From the NCBI GenBank assembly GCA_046335555.1, contig JBKDHA010000186.1, forward strand, positions 4,912-68,911: 64,000 nt of DNA, written 5' to 3'. Source of the stretch: Bacteroidota bacterium (GTDB taxonomy: Bacteria; Bacteroidota; Bacteroidia; Palsa-965). Below are positions 35,339-44,977 of the stretch, piece by piece. Under the pieces are notes generated by a model. The model searched no databases. It worked only from the letters and a program-made list of their open reading frames with translations, and had not been told where the DNA came from. Position numbers and translations under genes: made by a program. Each line of letters starts with the position of its first letter. Positions within the stretch are counted from its first letter, which is position 1.

Positions 35339-36268
35339 TTAGCGGGGTTGCTCGGCAGGAGTTGCGGGAGCCTGATTGTTTTCGGGCTGCGGTTGCTGCG
35401 CCGGAATTTCCTGCGGTGCCGGTGTATTATTTTGTGTGCTGTCGGCTTTTTGTTCTTCAATTATTTGTTCGCCGGTTTCACGTTTTCCGTTTTTCTCGGC
35501 TTCCGCTTTTTCTTTTGCAGCTTGTTCCTCGGCAGCGCTGTTGTACATATTTCGTTTGTCAACTCCGCCGCCGATGTAATCTTTGGTGGTTACAATAATG
35601 GCGCCGCCTGAGAGATCGCCGTACTCGGCCGGAATGCCGCCGGAAAGCACTGTAATCTGACCAATTGCAAGCCCCGGAACAGATGACGAGCCGTAAATTT
35701 TTTCACCATCTACAAACATCTGCGATTGACCCGGGCGTGAACCACGCATGACTAAACCGCCTGAAGGTGTCTGACTGCATGATGAACAGGTATTGGTAAT
35801 CATGCCGGTTATATCACCGCGGCTTACGGCCATTACTTTAATTTGTTCTGCAGTAATGTTGGTGATGGTTGAATACTCTTTATCAACCGGACTTTTTACA
35901 TATTCAGCATAAATAATAACTTCTTTGCAAGTATCACAGGTTTTAAGCTGCATCGGATAGCTGAGGTAAGCTGTTTGTCCGGCACTAACTACAACGCCGC
36001 GTTTTACATAAGCTTTGTAGCCTACCATGCGGGCTTCTACTTCATAAGTCCCGGCAGAAACTGCGCGGAGATTAACTACCCCGTCCATATCGGTAGCCCC
36101 GCCGATATTTGTGCCTACAATGCGCACTACAGCGCCGGGCAGCGGACGTTTATCAATATCAAGAACAGTGGCTTTAATAGTGCCGGAACCATCGGCCTGT
36201 GCATTGAGCAGTGCAGCAAACAGAAAAGCCGGAAGCAAGAGGGCGAAACGGAGGAGGCGGGTTTTCAT
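35339..36268 (-). CDS. Carboxypeptidase-regulatory-like domain / TonB-dependent-receptor plug-domain protein with a low-complexity C-terminal tail
   Basis: Signal peptide MKTRLLRFALLLPAFLFAALLNAQ. CarbopepD_reg-like segment (GTIKATVLDIDKRPLPGAVVRIVGTNIGGATDMDGVVNL). Plug-like segment. A/E/K/Q/P-rich tail. Confidence 0.6.
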   Translation of the reverse strand: MKTRLLRFALLLPAFLFAALLNAQADGSGTIKATVLDIDKRPLPGAVVRIVGTNIGGATDMDGVVNLRAVSAGTYEVEARMVGYKAYVKRGVVVSAGQTAYLSYPMQLKTCDTCKEVIIYAEYVKSPVDKEYSTITNITAEQIKVMAVSRGDITGMITNTCSSCSQTPSGGLVMRGSRPGQSQMFVDGEKIYGSSSVPGLAIGQITVLSGGIPAEYGDLSGGAIIVTTKDYIGGGVDKRNMYNSAAEEQAAKEKAEAEKNGKRETGEQIIEEQKADSTQNNTPAPQEIPAQQPQPENNQAPATPAEQPR

Positions 36269-36435
36269 AACAATTGATGTTTTAAAGGATGTGTATTTAA
36301 TCTTTAAGAGCGGCTCACATCTTAAAAACGCATTGCTTCCCGTTTTTCCACACGGCAAAAGGAAGTTTATCTAAAACTGGTTGATTAATCTGCTTAATTG
36401 GCGGCCTTAATTGGTTAATTGGCCTCAGAATGATA

Positions 36436-37872
36436 CTAAAACTCTTTTCTGCGATAAATAATAACCTGCGAACTGCTTATTTCAAACTTCTTCTCTTCTG
36501 TAAATCTGGCCGTATCATTCTTTAAATCGTTAATCAATTGCTCATTCTCAAAACTATTCCAAACGATATAGTAAGCACTGTCGGGCACTGTAACTGTATG
36601 CTTGTGCAATTTGTCTTTTGTCAAATAACCGCCCCGCGCATCAGTAAGCATATTGTGAATGAGAAATGTGCCATAAACTTTCCGGTCTTTCTGTTCGTTG
36701 CTGGTGAGCCATTGACCGGCTTGCTGCATAACTTTTACCGCATTGGCATAACCACGTTCGTTATCTTCTTTTCCGGGATAAGTAATCATGTTTATTATTG
36801 ATGGAGTTGCTGCAACAATAACTAATAATGCAACAATCCATCTTTTCCAATTTATCTGTGAAAGCATTCCCGCAGCAGCCATGCAGAGTAAAATGACAAG
36901 GATAAGAACATAGCGGCCGGAGTAGAAATTAACGGCACTCATCATAAAAAAGAAGAACGAAAAAATACCGGAACAGATAAGCCAGTGCCGCTGTACTGCC
37001 AATAACTGCATTTTACCGAAAGCCTTTGCAGTAAGCGTTATTGCAAGAATTGCCGTTACCGCATTTCGTCCCTGATAAATGAAAATGTAAAGCAGATAGC
37101 GGTTAAACTGATTGAGGATAAATGCTGGCTCGAAGCTCATCAGATAAACGTGATACGGAAAAAACATCCAGCCGCGAACTGCATACTGCCAAAATAAAAA
37201 TCCAACCCAGAGCAAAGCCGGAGCATTGATTTTTACGAGTGTAATAATATGCTGCCGGTGTCCGCCGCGATGCTTCAGCCAAACGAGAAGCCGGTGTGCA
37301 GATAGTCCAGCAAACAAAGCCACTGCCGATTCTTTAGTAAGTATCGCTGCTGCTGCTGCCAGCATATACACAAGCCACTTGTTTTCGATATACGCCTGCA
37401 AGGCAAGCAGCAGAAACAAGGCCAGCATAATTTCGGGCAGCAGCAATCCCGACTGTGCAAAAAATACAGGCTGCACACAAATCAGCACAACGGCTGCAAT
37501 GCCGGCTGCGGGCGAAAAAATCCGCGAGGCCGAACGATAAACCGCAATCAGCAGCAGCACCGACACCAGCAATGCAAACGAATGCGCGGCAACTGCCGAA
37601 TTTCCAAAAATACTCACCCAAATTGCCGCGAGAAAATGAAACAGCAGCGGATGCCCGCGGGTAAGCTCGGCCGGAATTGCATCGGGAGCCAGCGAAGGCC
37701 CGGAAGCCGCCATTTCCTGAACCGCCGGTGCATATACCCAAGCTTCATCCCAGTAATACGGCAACTCAACATACGGCAGTTTAATCAGCACAAATGCCGT
37801 ACACACCAATGCCAGCACAATGTGCATGTGCAGAGGTGTAAGTATAAAACGGCTTTGCTGAGCTGATTGCAT
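36436..37872 (-). CDS. Glycosyltransferase family 39 (ArnT/PMT-like) polytopic membrane protein
   Basis: 478 aa with more than 10 transmembrane segments. The N-terminal loop carries a YYWDEAWVY (DE..Y) motif typical of PMT_2/ArnT-type glycosyltransferases. Confidence 0.6.
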   Translation of the reverse strand: MQSAQQSRFILTPLHMHIVLALVCTAFVLIKLPYVELPYYWDEAWVYAPAVQEMAASGPSLAPDAIPAELTRGHPLLFHFLAAIWVSIFGNSAVAAHSFALLVSVLLLIAVYRSASRIFSPAAGIAAVVLICVQPVFFAQSGLLLPEIMLALFLLLALQAYIENKWLVYMLAAAAAILTKESAVALFAGLSAHRLLVWLKHRGGHRQHIITLVKINAPALLWVGFLFWQYAVRGWMFFPYHVYLMSFEPAFILNQFNRYLLYIFIYQGRNAVTAILAITLTAKAFGKMQLLAVQRHWLICSGIFSFFFFMMSAVNFYSGRYVLILVILLCMAAAGMLSQINWKRWIVALLVIVAATPSIINMITYPGKEDNERGYANAVKVMQQAGQWLTSNEQKDRKVYGTFLIHNMLTDARGGYLTKDKLHKHTVTVPDSAYYIVWNSFENEQLINDLKNDTARFTEEKKFEISSSQVIIYRRKEF

Positions 37873-37889
37873 TGTAGTTTTGCCTGACG

Positions 37890-38543
37890 TTATTGTGCAA
37901 GCTGCAAGCCGGCAAACGGATTGCTCATTTTTTCAAAGCCGATGGTTGTTGAAGGGCCGTGGCCGGGGTAAACAACTGTATCATCGGGCAAGACAAATAA
38001 TTTTTCGCGGATGCTTTTCAGTAATTGCGCACTGCTTCCTCCGGGCAAATCGGTGCGCCCCACACTGCCGCGAAAAAGCACATCGCCTCCAATCAGCACT
38101 TTGCTTTCGGCATTGTAGAAACAAACATGCCCGGGCGAGTGGCCGGGTGCCGGAATAACTTGGAGCGTTGTAGTACCGAAACTAATCGTTTCGGTATCTG
38201 TTATATGCCGCGAAACCTCCGGCTGCTGATTGCCCGGAATGCCGTACAAATGGCAGGTTTGCGCATAGCTGTTCAGCACAGTTGCTTCATTAACCGGAAT
38301 TTCCAAACCAATTTCCCAGGTATCACTTACAAATTTATTCCCCAACACATGGTCAATATGGCAATGCGTGTTCAGCAGCCGAACAGGTGTAAGTCCGCTA
38401 TCGCTGATAAACGAACGCAGCTCGTTTTCCTCATCAGCATCAAAACAGCCGGGATCAATAATTACACATTCTTTCGACTCGTCGAATAAAATGTATGTGT
38501 TTTCGTAAAACGGGTTGAATGTAAAACTATTCAGTTGCAGCAT
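37890..38543 (-). CDS. MBL-fold metallo-hydrolase (glyoxalase-II-like)
   Basis: HxHxDH motif NTHCHIDHVLGN plus downstream His and Asp ligands. Start taken at MLQLNSFTFNPFYENTYIL. Confidence 0.8.
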   Translation of the reverse strand: MLQLNSFTFNPFYENTYILFDESKECVIIDPGCFDADEENELRSFISDSGLTPVRLLNTHCHIDHVLGNKFVSDTWEIGLEIPVNEATVLNSYAQTCHLYGIPGNQQPEVSRHITDTETISFGTTTLQVIPAPGHSPGHVCFYNAESKVLIGGDVLFRGSVGRTDLPGGSSAQLLKSIREKLFVLPDDTVVYPGHGPSTTIGFEKMSNPFAGLQLAQ

Positions 38544-38676
38544 ACGGCAAATATACACGATCAGTTGCCGCATCTTCAAAATTTGGTTTGGCAGTACAAA
38601 CTTGTCTGTGATACCCGATAAGCAGCACAATTTCCTTAACTTTAAAGCCTCAACGCTGGTTTTGGGTGATACCTCT

Positions 38677-41600
38677 ATGATGCGCTTTTTACGCTTTCTG
38701 CTGCTTTTGTTACTTCCGTTTACCGCGGGAGCTCAGTTCTACAATGGTTCTCAAACCGATTTTGGGAAAAACCGGCTGCAGTATCAGAGCTTTAAGTGGA
38801 ACTATTTCCGTTTCCCCAAGTATGATGTGTATTACAATACCGGCGGAAAGGAAATGGCTATTTATGTAGCCCGTGCAGCAAAAAATCATCTTGCCGAAAT
38901 TGAACGCTTTTTCGATTACCCGCTCGAAAGCCGTATCGAATTTGTGGTGTATAATAAGCAGGAAGATTTTAAGCAAAGCAATGCCGGACTCACTACCGAC
39001 GAATCATCGAACGTTGGCGGAACTACGCGCCTTGTAGGCACAAAAGTATTTCTGTACTACGAAGGCGATCACGCCAAACTCGAAGAACAAATTCGCGGCG
39101 GAATTGCAGAAGTTATTCTCAACAGCATGATGTATGGCGGCAATGCCCGCGATATGGTGAAAAACTCAACCCTGCTGGCTTTGCCCGAATGGTACACCAA
39201 GGGCTTGATTTCTTTTGTTGCACATGGCTGGAATACCGATATCGACAGTCGTGTGCGCGATGGAATTACTTCAGGGCGTTTCCGCAAATTCAATCATTTG
39301 CTGGGCGAAGATGCTCGGCTTGCCGGCCATTCAATCTGGTATTACATTTCCGAAAAATACAGCCCCGGAGTGATTCCGAATATTCTTTACATGACCCGCG
39401 TTAGCCGGAATGTGGAGAGCGCCACGCTTTTTGTTATCGGAACAAATGTTAAAGTATTGGCCATAGAATGGCAAAGCTATTTTCTGGAACGATACAACAG
39501 CGAAGACTCAACGCGCACATTACCGCAGGGAATTAAACCTGTAACAAAACCGCGTGCTGCCGCGGCTTACAGTCAGGCAAAAATTAGTCCCGACGGAAAA
39601 AGTATTTGTTATGTAACCAATGAACTCGGACAAACGAAACTCTGGCTTCAGGATTTGCAAACAGGCAAACGCAAACGTCTGCTTAAACTCGGACACAAAA
39701 TAGATCGCATCAACGATTATTCATATCCGCTGGTAAGCTGGCATCCCGGAAGCAAGTTAATCTCGTGGATTTATGAAAAACGCGGAGAAACTTTTTTGGT
39801 GATTTATGAAATTGAATCGGGAGAAAAAATTGTGAAACCGATTTTCAATTTTATCAAGATCATCGACTTCAGCTATTCGCCCGACGGGACACAGTTTGTA
39901 ATGTCGGCCGTGCAAAACGGGCAAACCGATATTTTCCTGTACACCATTTCGGGAGGAGCAACAACGCCCGTTACCAAAGATATTTACGATGATCTTAATC
40001 CTCGTTTTGTTGACGGAGGACGCAGTATTATTTTCAGTTCGAACCGCGTTTCAGATACTATAGACAAACGCAGCAAAGGCACCGAAGTTATACTCGCGCA
40101 TTCGTATGATTTGTTTTTGTATAATGTAAAATCAGGTTCGGTTTTGCTGCGCCGCATCACCAATACACCCGGTGTAAGCGAGTTGCAGCCGATGCCGTGG
40201 GACGATACACATTTTACCTATCTCAGTGATCAGAATGGTGTGCGTAACCGGTATGTTGGTTATTTCGACAGCTCAATTGCTTATGTGGATACAGCAGCAC
40301 ATTACCGCTATTTTGCGCGAAGCGTTACGGCTACAAATTACCGATACTCAATTTCGGAACAAGATGTTGCACCTGCATCAGGACAATATGCCGAAGTAGT
40401 TTTTCATGACGGACGCTGGCAGGTTTATGTGAATCAGCTCACCAATTTCGGAGAAATAACATCAAAGAAACTGCGCAACACTATTCACCGCGACCGCGTA
40501 CTGGAAATTGCGCGCATTGATGCAGAAATTGATTCACTTGCCCGGGTCAATCCGCCCAAACCGCTGATTCCGCAGCAACGAATGCAAACGGTGCTTGTGC
40601 CTGAGAAACCCAAAACAACCGACTCCAGCGGCATCGACATCAATAATTATACATTCGGAAACAAGCCTTCAACAGCTACAAAAACAGACAGTACTGCGGT
40701 AACAGTTGCTGCAACTGATACTGTGAAAACAGCACCCGATCCGTTTTTGCTTCCGATTGTGCGCAACTACTATGTGCAATATTCGCTTGAGTATCTCACC
40801 GGGCAATTAGACAATAGTTTTCTCAATATCGGCTATCAGCGTTTTACAGGCGGAAGTTCGCCGGTGTACCTCAATCCCGGTTTTACAGGCTTGTTTAAAA
40901 TCGGACTTACCGATTTGCTTGAAGATCGAAAGATTACAGGCGGAGTTCGTTTATCAGCCAATCTGATGAATAACGAATACCTGCTGCTGTATGAAGACCG
41001 CACCCGCCGTCTCGACCGAACATGGATTCTGCACCGGCAGGCATTTCAAAACTTAACAGGCAGCACCGGTTCAACCCGCATACACACACATGAAGCACGC
41101 TACGGCTTGCGCTGGCCGTTTAGTGAAGTTGCATCGCTGCGCGGAATGGTTGGTTACCGCAACGACCGCCGTGTTATTCAGTCAACAGACTTTGCTTCGT
41201 TAAATGCGCGCAATACATATTTCAACTCCGCAAACATCAAAGTTGAATTTGTGTTCGATAACACGATTAAGCGCGGATTGAATTTGTACAATGGAATGCG
41301 CTTCAAAGTTTTTGCAGAGACATTTCAGGGACTTGATAGTTTGTGGGGCGCAGATCAAAAATCAAACCGCTGGTTTAAAAATGATTTGTATGCCGTAGGT
41401 GCTGATTTTCGTTATTACCTGCGTATTCACCGCGAGTTTATTCTCGCTACACGTATCTCAGGAGCAACATCTTTTGGTCGAGAAAAATTGGTGTATTATC
41501 TCGGCGGAGTTGATAACTGGTTGTTTCCGAAATTTGATCAAAGTGTTCGCGTGAGCGATGACCAGAACTATTCTTATCAAACGCTGGCAACGCCGATGCG

Positions 41601-41994
41601 CGGATTTTTGCAGAACATCAGAAACGGAAACAGCTTCGCATTGATTAATGCCGAGCTTCGGATGCCGTTGTTCCGCTACCTGCTTAACCGTCCGCTGCGT
41701 TCTGATTTCATTAATAATTTTCAGGTTATCGGCTTTGGCGATTTCGGAACTGCATGGACAGGAAAAAGTCCATACGACGAAAGCAATTCGCTCAACACAA
41801 CCTACATTGGTTCGCCCGGCAATCCAATTGTAGTTGTGCTGAAAAACCACAAAGAACCATTTGTCGGCGGTTTTGGCTGGGGCGTGCGAAGCCGGATCTG
41901 GGGTTATTTTGTGCGTTTCGATATGGCCTGGGGAGTTGAAGACCGGGTAATTTTACCGCGGCAGATGTATCTTTCATTCAGCCTTGATTTCTGA
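38677..41994 (+). CDS. Large outer-membrane protein with N-terminal PD40/TolB-like beta-propeller repeats and a C-terminal beta-barrel
   Basis: Signal peptide MMRFLRFLLLLLLPFTAGAQ. PD40-like repeats (SPDGKSICYV, SPDGTQFVMS, SSNR). The C-terminal ~450 aa show alternating hydrophobic beta-strand patterning and end in ...YLSFSLDF. Confidence 0.5.
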   Translation: MMRFLRFLLLLLLPFTAGAQFYNGSQTDFGKNRLQYQSFKWNYFRFPKYDVYYNTGGKEMAIYVARAAKNHLAEIERFFDYPLESRIEFVVYNKQEDFKQSNAGLTTDESSNVGGTTRLVGTKVFLYYEGDHAKLEEQIRGGIAEVILNSMMYGGNARDMVKNSTLLALPEWYTKGLISFVAHGWNTDIDSRVRDGITSGRFRKFNHLLGEDARLAGHSIWYYISEKYSPGVIPNILYMTRVSRNVESATLFVIGTNVKVLAIEWQSYFLERYNSEDSTRTLPQGIKPVTKPRAAAAYSQAKISPDGKSICYVTNELGQTKLWLQDLQTGKRKRLLKLGHKIDRINDYSYPLVSWHPGSKLISWIYEKRGETFLVIYEIESGEKIVKPIFNFIKIIDFSYSPDGTQFVMSAVQNGQTDIFLYTISGGATTPVTKDIYDDLNPRFVDGGRSIIFSSNRVSDTIDKRSKGTEVILAHSYDLFLYNVKSGSVLLRRITNTPGVSELQPMPWDDTHFTYLSDQNGVRNRYVGYFDSSIAYVDTAAHYRYFARSVTATNYRYSISEQDVAPASGQYAEVVFHDGRWQVYVNQLTNFGEITSKKLRNTIHRDRVLEIARIDAEIDSLARVNPPKPLIPQQRMQTVLVPEKPKTTDSSGIDINNYTFGNKPSTATKTDSTAVTVAATDTVKTAPDPFLLPIVRNYYVQYSLEYLTGQLDNSFLNIGYQRFTGGSSPVYLNPGFTGLFKIGLTDLLEDRKITGGVRLSANLMNNEYLLLYEDRTRRLDRTWILHRQAFQNLTGSTGSTRIHTHEARYGLRWPFSEVASLRGMVGYRNDRRVIQSTDFASLNARNTYFNSANIKVEFVFDNTIKRGLNLYNGMRFKVFAETFQGLDSLWGADQKSNRWFKNDLYAVGADFRYYLRIHREFILATRISGATSFGREKLVYYLGGVDNWLFPKFDQSVRVSDDQNYSYQTLATPMRGFLQNIRNGNSFALINAELRMPLFRYLLNRPLRSDFINNFQVIGFGDFGTAWTGKSPYDESNSLNTTYIGSPGNPIVVVLKNHKEPFVGGFGWGVRSRIWGYFVRFDMAWGVEDRVILPRQMYLSFSLDF

Positions 41995-43205
41995 TGAGTC
42001 GCGACGAATTAAAAATTGCCGTGCAGCAGGCTGCAAAAAACCTTCTGCCGCGCATTACCGAAATCCGCCGGCACATTCATGCTCACCCAGAACTCTCGTT
42101 TCAGGAGCACAATACAGCAGCTTTTGTAGAGGCGCAACTATCGGCACTCGGCATTTCGCACAAAAGGCTTTCGGGCACAGGCATTGTAGCGCTGATCGAG
42201 GGCCGCAATCCGCAAAGCAAAACAATTGCGCTTCGCGGCGATATGGATGCGCTGCCGATAACTGAAGCCAACAACACAGATTATGTTTCAACTGTTCCCG
42301 GCATCATGCATGCTTGCGGGCACGATGTGCATACCGCTTGTTTGCTGGGAGCAGCAACTATTTTGAACGGATTGCGCGAAGCATTTTCCGGAACAGTAAA
42401 ACTTATTTTCCAGCCCGGCGAAGAAGTGTTGCCCGGCGGTGCATCGCTAATGATTCGCGATGGTGTGCTGGAAAATCCCAAGCCAGAATCCATTTTTGCG
42501 CAGCATGTTTTTCCATCGCTGCCTGCCGGTAAAGTTGGTTTCCGCAGCGGTATGTACATGGCTTCTACCGATGAACTGTACATGACTGTAACCGGAAAAG
42601 GCGGACACGCAGCCATGCCTGCCGATTATGTAAACCCGCTTATTATTGCTTCGGCCATTCTGCTCAAACTTCAGGAGCAGTTTATGGATGAAGCTACACG
42701 CATTGCACAAACCCGCGAAACGCCCACCGTGCTTGCCTTCGGGAAAATTGAAGGCAAAGGCGCGACCAACGTAATTCCCGCCGAAGTAAAACTCGAAGGC
42801 ACATTCCGCACCATGAACGAAGTGTGGCGAAGCGAAGCACACAGTATAATGGTGCAAACAGCTGCCGAAGTTGCCGAAAGCCTCGGCGGACGTTGTGAGT
42901 TTCGTATCGAGCGCGGTTATCCTTTTTTGGTGAATGATGCAGCACTTACTTCATCGGCGCGGAATGCAGCGGAAGAATATCTCGGAAAAGAAAATGTAAC
43001 CGAGCTTAGTATGCGCATGACCGCCGAAGACTTCGCCTTTTTTTCGCAGAAAATGCCAGCGTGTTTTTATCGCTTGGGAACAGCTTCAGCCGACGGGCGT
43101 TTTACACACGGCGTACATCACCCGAATTTCGATATTGATGAAGCTGCGTTGGAAACCGGAGCAGGCTTGATGAGCTGGTTAGTGCTTACCGAATTATGCA
43201 AATAA
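41994..43205 (+). CDS. M20-family amidohydrolase (N-acyl-L-amino acid amidohydrolase type)
   Basis: Metal-binding motifs MHACGHDVH and GEE. 403 aa, full M20D-like pattern. Confidence 0.85.
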   Translation: MSRDELKIAVQQAAKNLLPRITEIRRHIHAHPELSFQEHNTAAFVEAQLSALGISHKRLSGTGIVALIEGRNPQSKTIALRGDMDALPITEANNTDYVSTVPGIMHACGHDVHTACLLGAATILNGLREAFSGTVKLIFQPGEEVLPGGASLMIRDGVLENPKPESIFAQHVFPSLPAGKVGFRSGMYMASTDELYMTVTGKGGHAAMPADYVNPLIIASAILLKLQEQFMDEATRIAQTRETPTVLAFGKIEGKGATNVIPAEVKLEGTFRTMNEVWRSEAHSIMVQTAAEVAESLGGRCEFRIERGYPFLVNDAALTSSARNAAEEYLGKENVTELSMRMTAEDFAFFSQKMPACFYRLGTASADGRFTHGVHHPNFDIDEAALETGAGLMSWLVLTELCK

Positions 43206-43208
43206 TAC

Positions 43209-44162
43209 TTACAACGTCCGCAGCAAATTAGCCAGCGCTTCTTTTGGGCTTGGCATGCTTGTGCAAATGCGCGGATCCATAAGGTTTTCACCAAAATCGC
43301 CGCGCACGTTCGATGCTTTTTCTTTGAGCAAAGTTAATTCTGCTTTCAGTGCTGCCGGTTTCATGTAAGCTAAACTGTAAACACAAATAGTTTGTGTAAA
43401 TGCGGACTGAACCGAATCGGCAATGAAATTTATCAGCACAGTTTTACAATCATCAGTATTGCAGGATGCAAGTGCCCGCGCTGCCGAAATCTGAATGTGG
43501 TAATTTGATGTATCGTAGAGAAAAGGAAGAATGCGCTCGTAGTAGCCGGGAAGTTTAAGGTGATAAATACATTCAAGTGCTGCATGCTGCAAAAAGAATT
43601 CGCTGATTTCGTCTTGGTTGTGGCCTGCAGGTTTTTTACTGAGTTGTGTGGTAATGAAATTATGAATGTAGTTCAGATCAAATGCTTTACCATGATAATG
43701 ATTGAAAAGCGCTGTCATTGTTTGTTCATAAACATCAACAGGGACAATGCTTTTGTGCTGAGTGATGCGATACGTTGCATACACTTTATTTTCTTCAACA
43801 TAATCGAAACCGGCCGATGGTGTGGCAATTGAATAAGTATTACCGCTGTTCTTCTTCAGGAAAAAATAACTCTTCCCTTTCGGAAAATAAAACTCAGGCC
43901 CGTGTCCGCCGCTGTAGCTGCATAAATCGAGCAGATAGAAATTATCAACTTTAATTGTGCCTTTAAGCTCGCCTCCGGCTAATGTTTTCAGGATTTTGAG
44001 TTTAACACCTTTGTGTTTATTCACATGACCGATTTCGGCCAGCACAAAAAAATCGGCTTTGCAAATTACGCTGTCTTGCCAGGGTTCATCCCATGTTGTT
44101 GCGTGACCAGATTGCGTGAAAAAAAGAAAAGCAGCAGCGATGAAAAAAGCTATTCTGTACAT
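43209..44162 (-). CDS. Hypothetical secreted protein
   Basis: 317 aa with an N-terminal signal peptide (IAFFIAAAFLFFTQSGHA). No recognisable catalytic motif. Confidence 0.4.
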   Translation of the reverse strand: MYRIAFFIAAAFLFFTQSGHATTWDEPWQDSVICKADFFVLAEIGHVNKHKGVKLKILKTLAGGELKGTIKVDNFYLLDLCSYSGGHGPEFYFPKGKSYFFLKKNSGNTYSIATPSAGFDYVEENKVYATYRITQHKSIVPVDVYEQTMTALFNHYHGKAFDLNYIHNFITTQLSKKPAGHNQDEISEFFLQHAALECIYHLKLPGYYERILPFLYDTSNYHIQISAARALASCNTDDCKTVLINFIADSVQSAFTQTICVYSLAYMKPAALKAELTLLKEKASNVRGDFGENLMDPRICTSMPSPKEALANLLRTL

Positions 44163-44257
44163 AAACCAAGGAGTAAAATGAGCTGCCTGCGTTACTTTTT
44201 ACAGCCGGAGGCGTTATGCAGGTATAACGCTGTGCCGGTAATAAGATACTGCTTTAT

Positions 44258-44977
44258 TTGAAAACACAGGTTTTCCGTACCTTCGTGCACACAACAACAG
44301 CAAACAAACCAGTGAAGTTTTCAGGCAACGTTACACCTTCTTCTCTCAGTCCCGAACAACAAATTGAACTCGATGCAGGCCGCCTGTTGCCTATCATGGA
44401 AGAGTTTTACACGATTCAGGGCGAAGGTTATCACACCGGAAAAGCGGCTTACTTTATCCGTCTTGGTGGTTGTGATGTTGGTTGCCATTGGTGCGATGTG
44501 AAAGAAAGCTGGGATGCTGATACGCATCCGCTTACTCTTGCCGATACCATTGTTGAAAATGCCCTGAAACATCCTGCCAAAGCTGTTGTAGTGACCGGCG
44601 GAGAACCCTCTGCATTTCAGCTCGATTACCTTACCGCAAAGCTTCGCGAACACGGTATTGCTACATTTATTGAAACCTCCGGGGCGTATCCGCTCACCGG
44701 AACCTGGGACTGGATTTGTCTTTCGCCAAAAAAAACAAGTCGGCCGGTGCCCGAAAACTACAAAAGGGCACACGAATTGAAGGTGATTGTTTTTAATACC
44801 GATGATTTCCGCTGGGCAGAAGAAAATGCGGCTCTGGTTGGCTCCGATTGTATGCTGTTTTTGCAGCCCGAATGGAGTCGCGCCGAACGCATAATGCCTC
44901 AGTTAGTTGATTACGTAATGCAGCATCCGAACTGGAACATGTCGCTGCAAACGCATAAATACATGCACATACCATGA
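44258..44977 (+). CDS. queE: Radical-SAM 7-carboxy-7-deazaguanine synthase (QueE-like)
   Basis: EEFYTIQGEGYHTGKAAYFIRLGGCDVGCHWCDVKESW carries a CxxxCxxC radical-SAM cluster in the context of short-type QueE. Confidence 0.7.
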   Translation: MKTQVFRTFVHTTTANKPVKFSGNVTPSSLSPEQQIELDAGRLLPIMEEFYTIQGEGYHTGKAAYFIRLGGCDVGCHWCDVKESWDADTHPLTLADTIVENALKHPAKAVVVTGGEPSAFQLDYLTAKLREHGIATFIETSGAYPLTGTWDWICLSPKKTSRPVPENYKRAHELKVIVFNTDDFRWAEENAALVGSDCMLFLQPEWSRAERIMPQLVDYVMQHPNWNMSLQTHKYMHIP

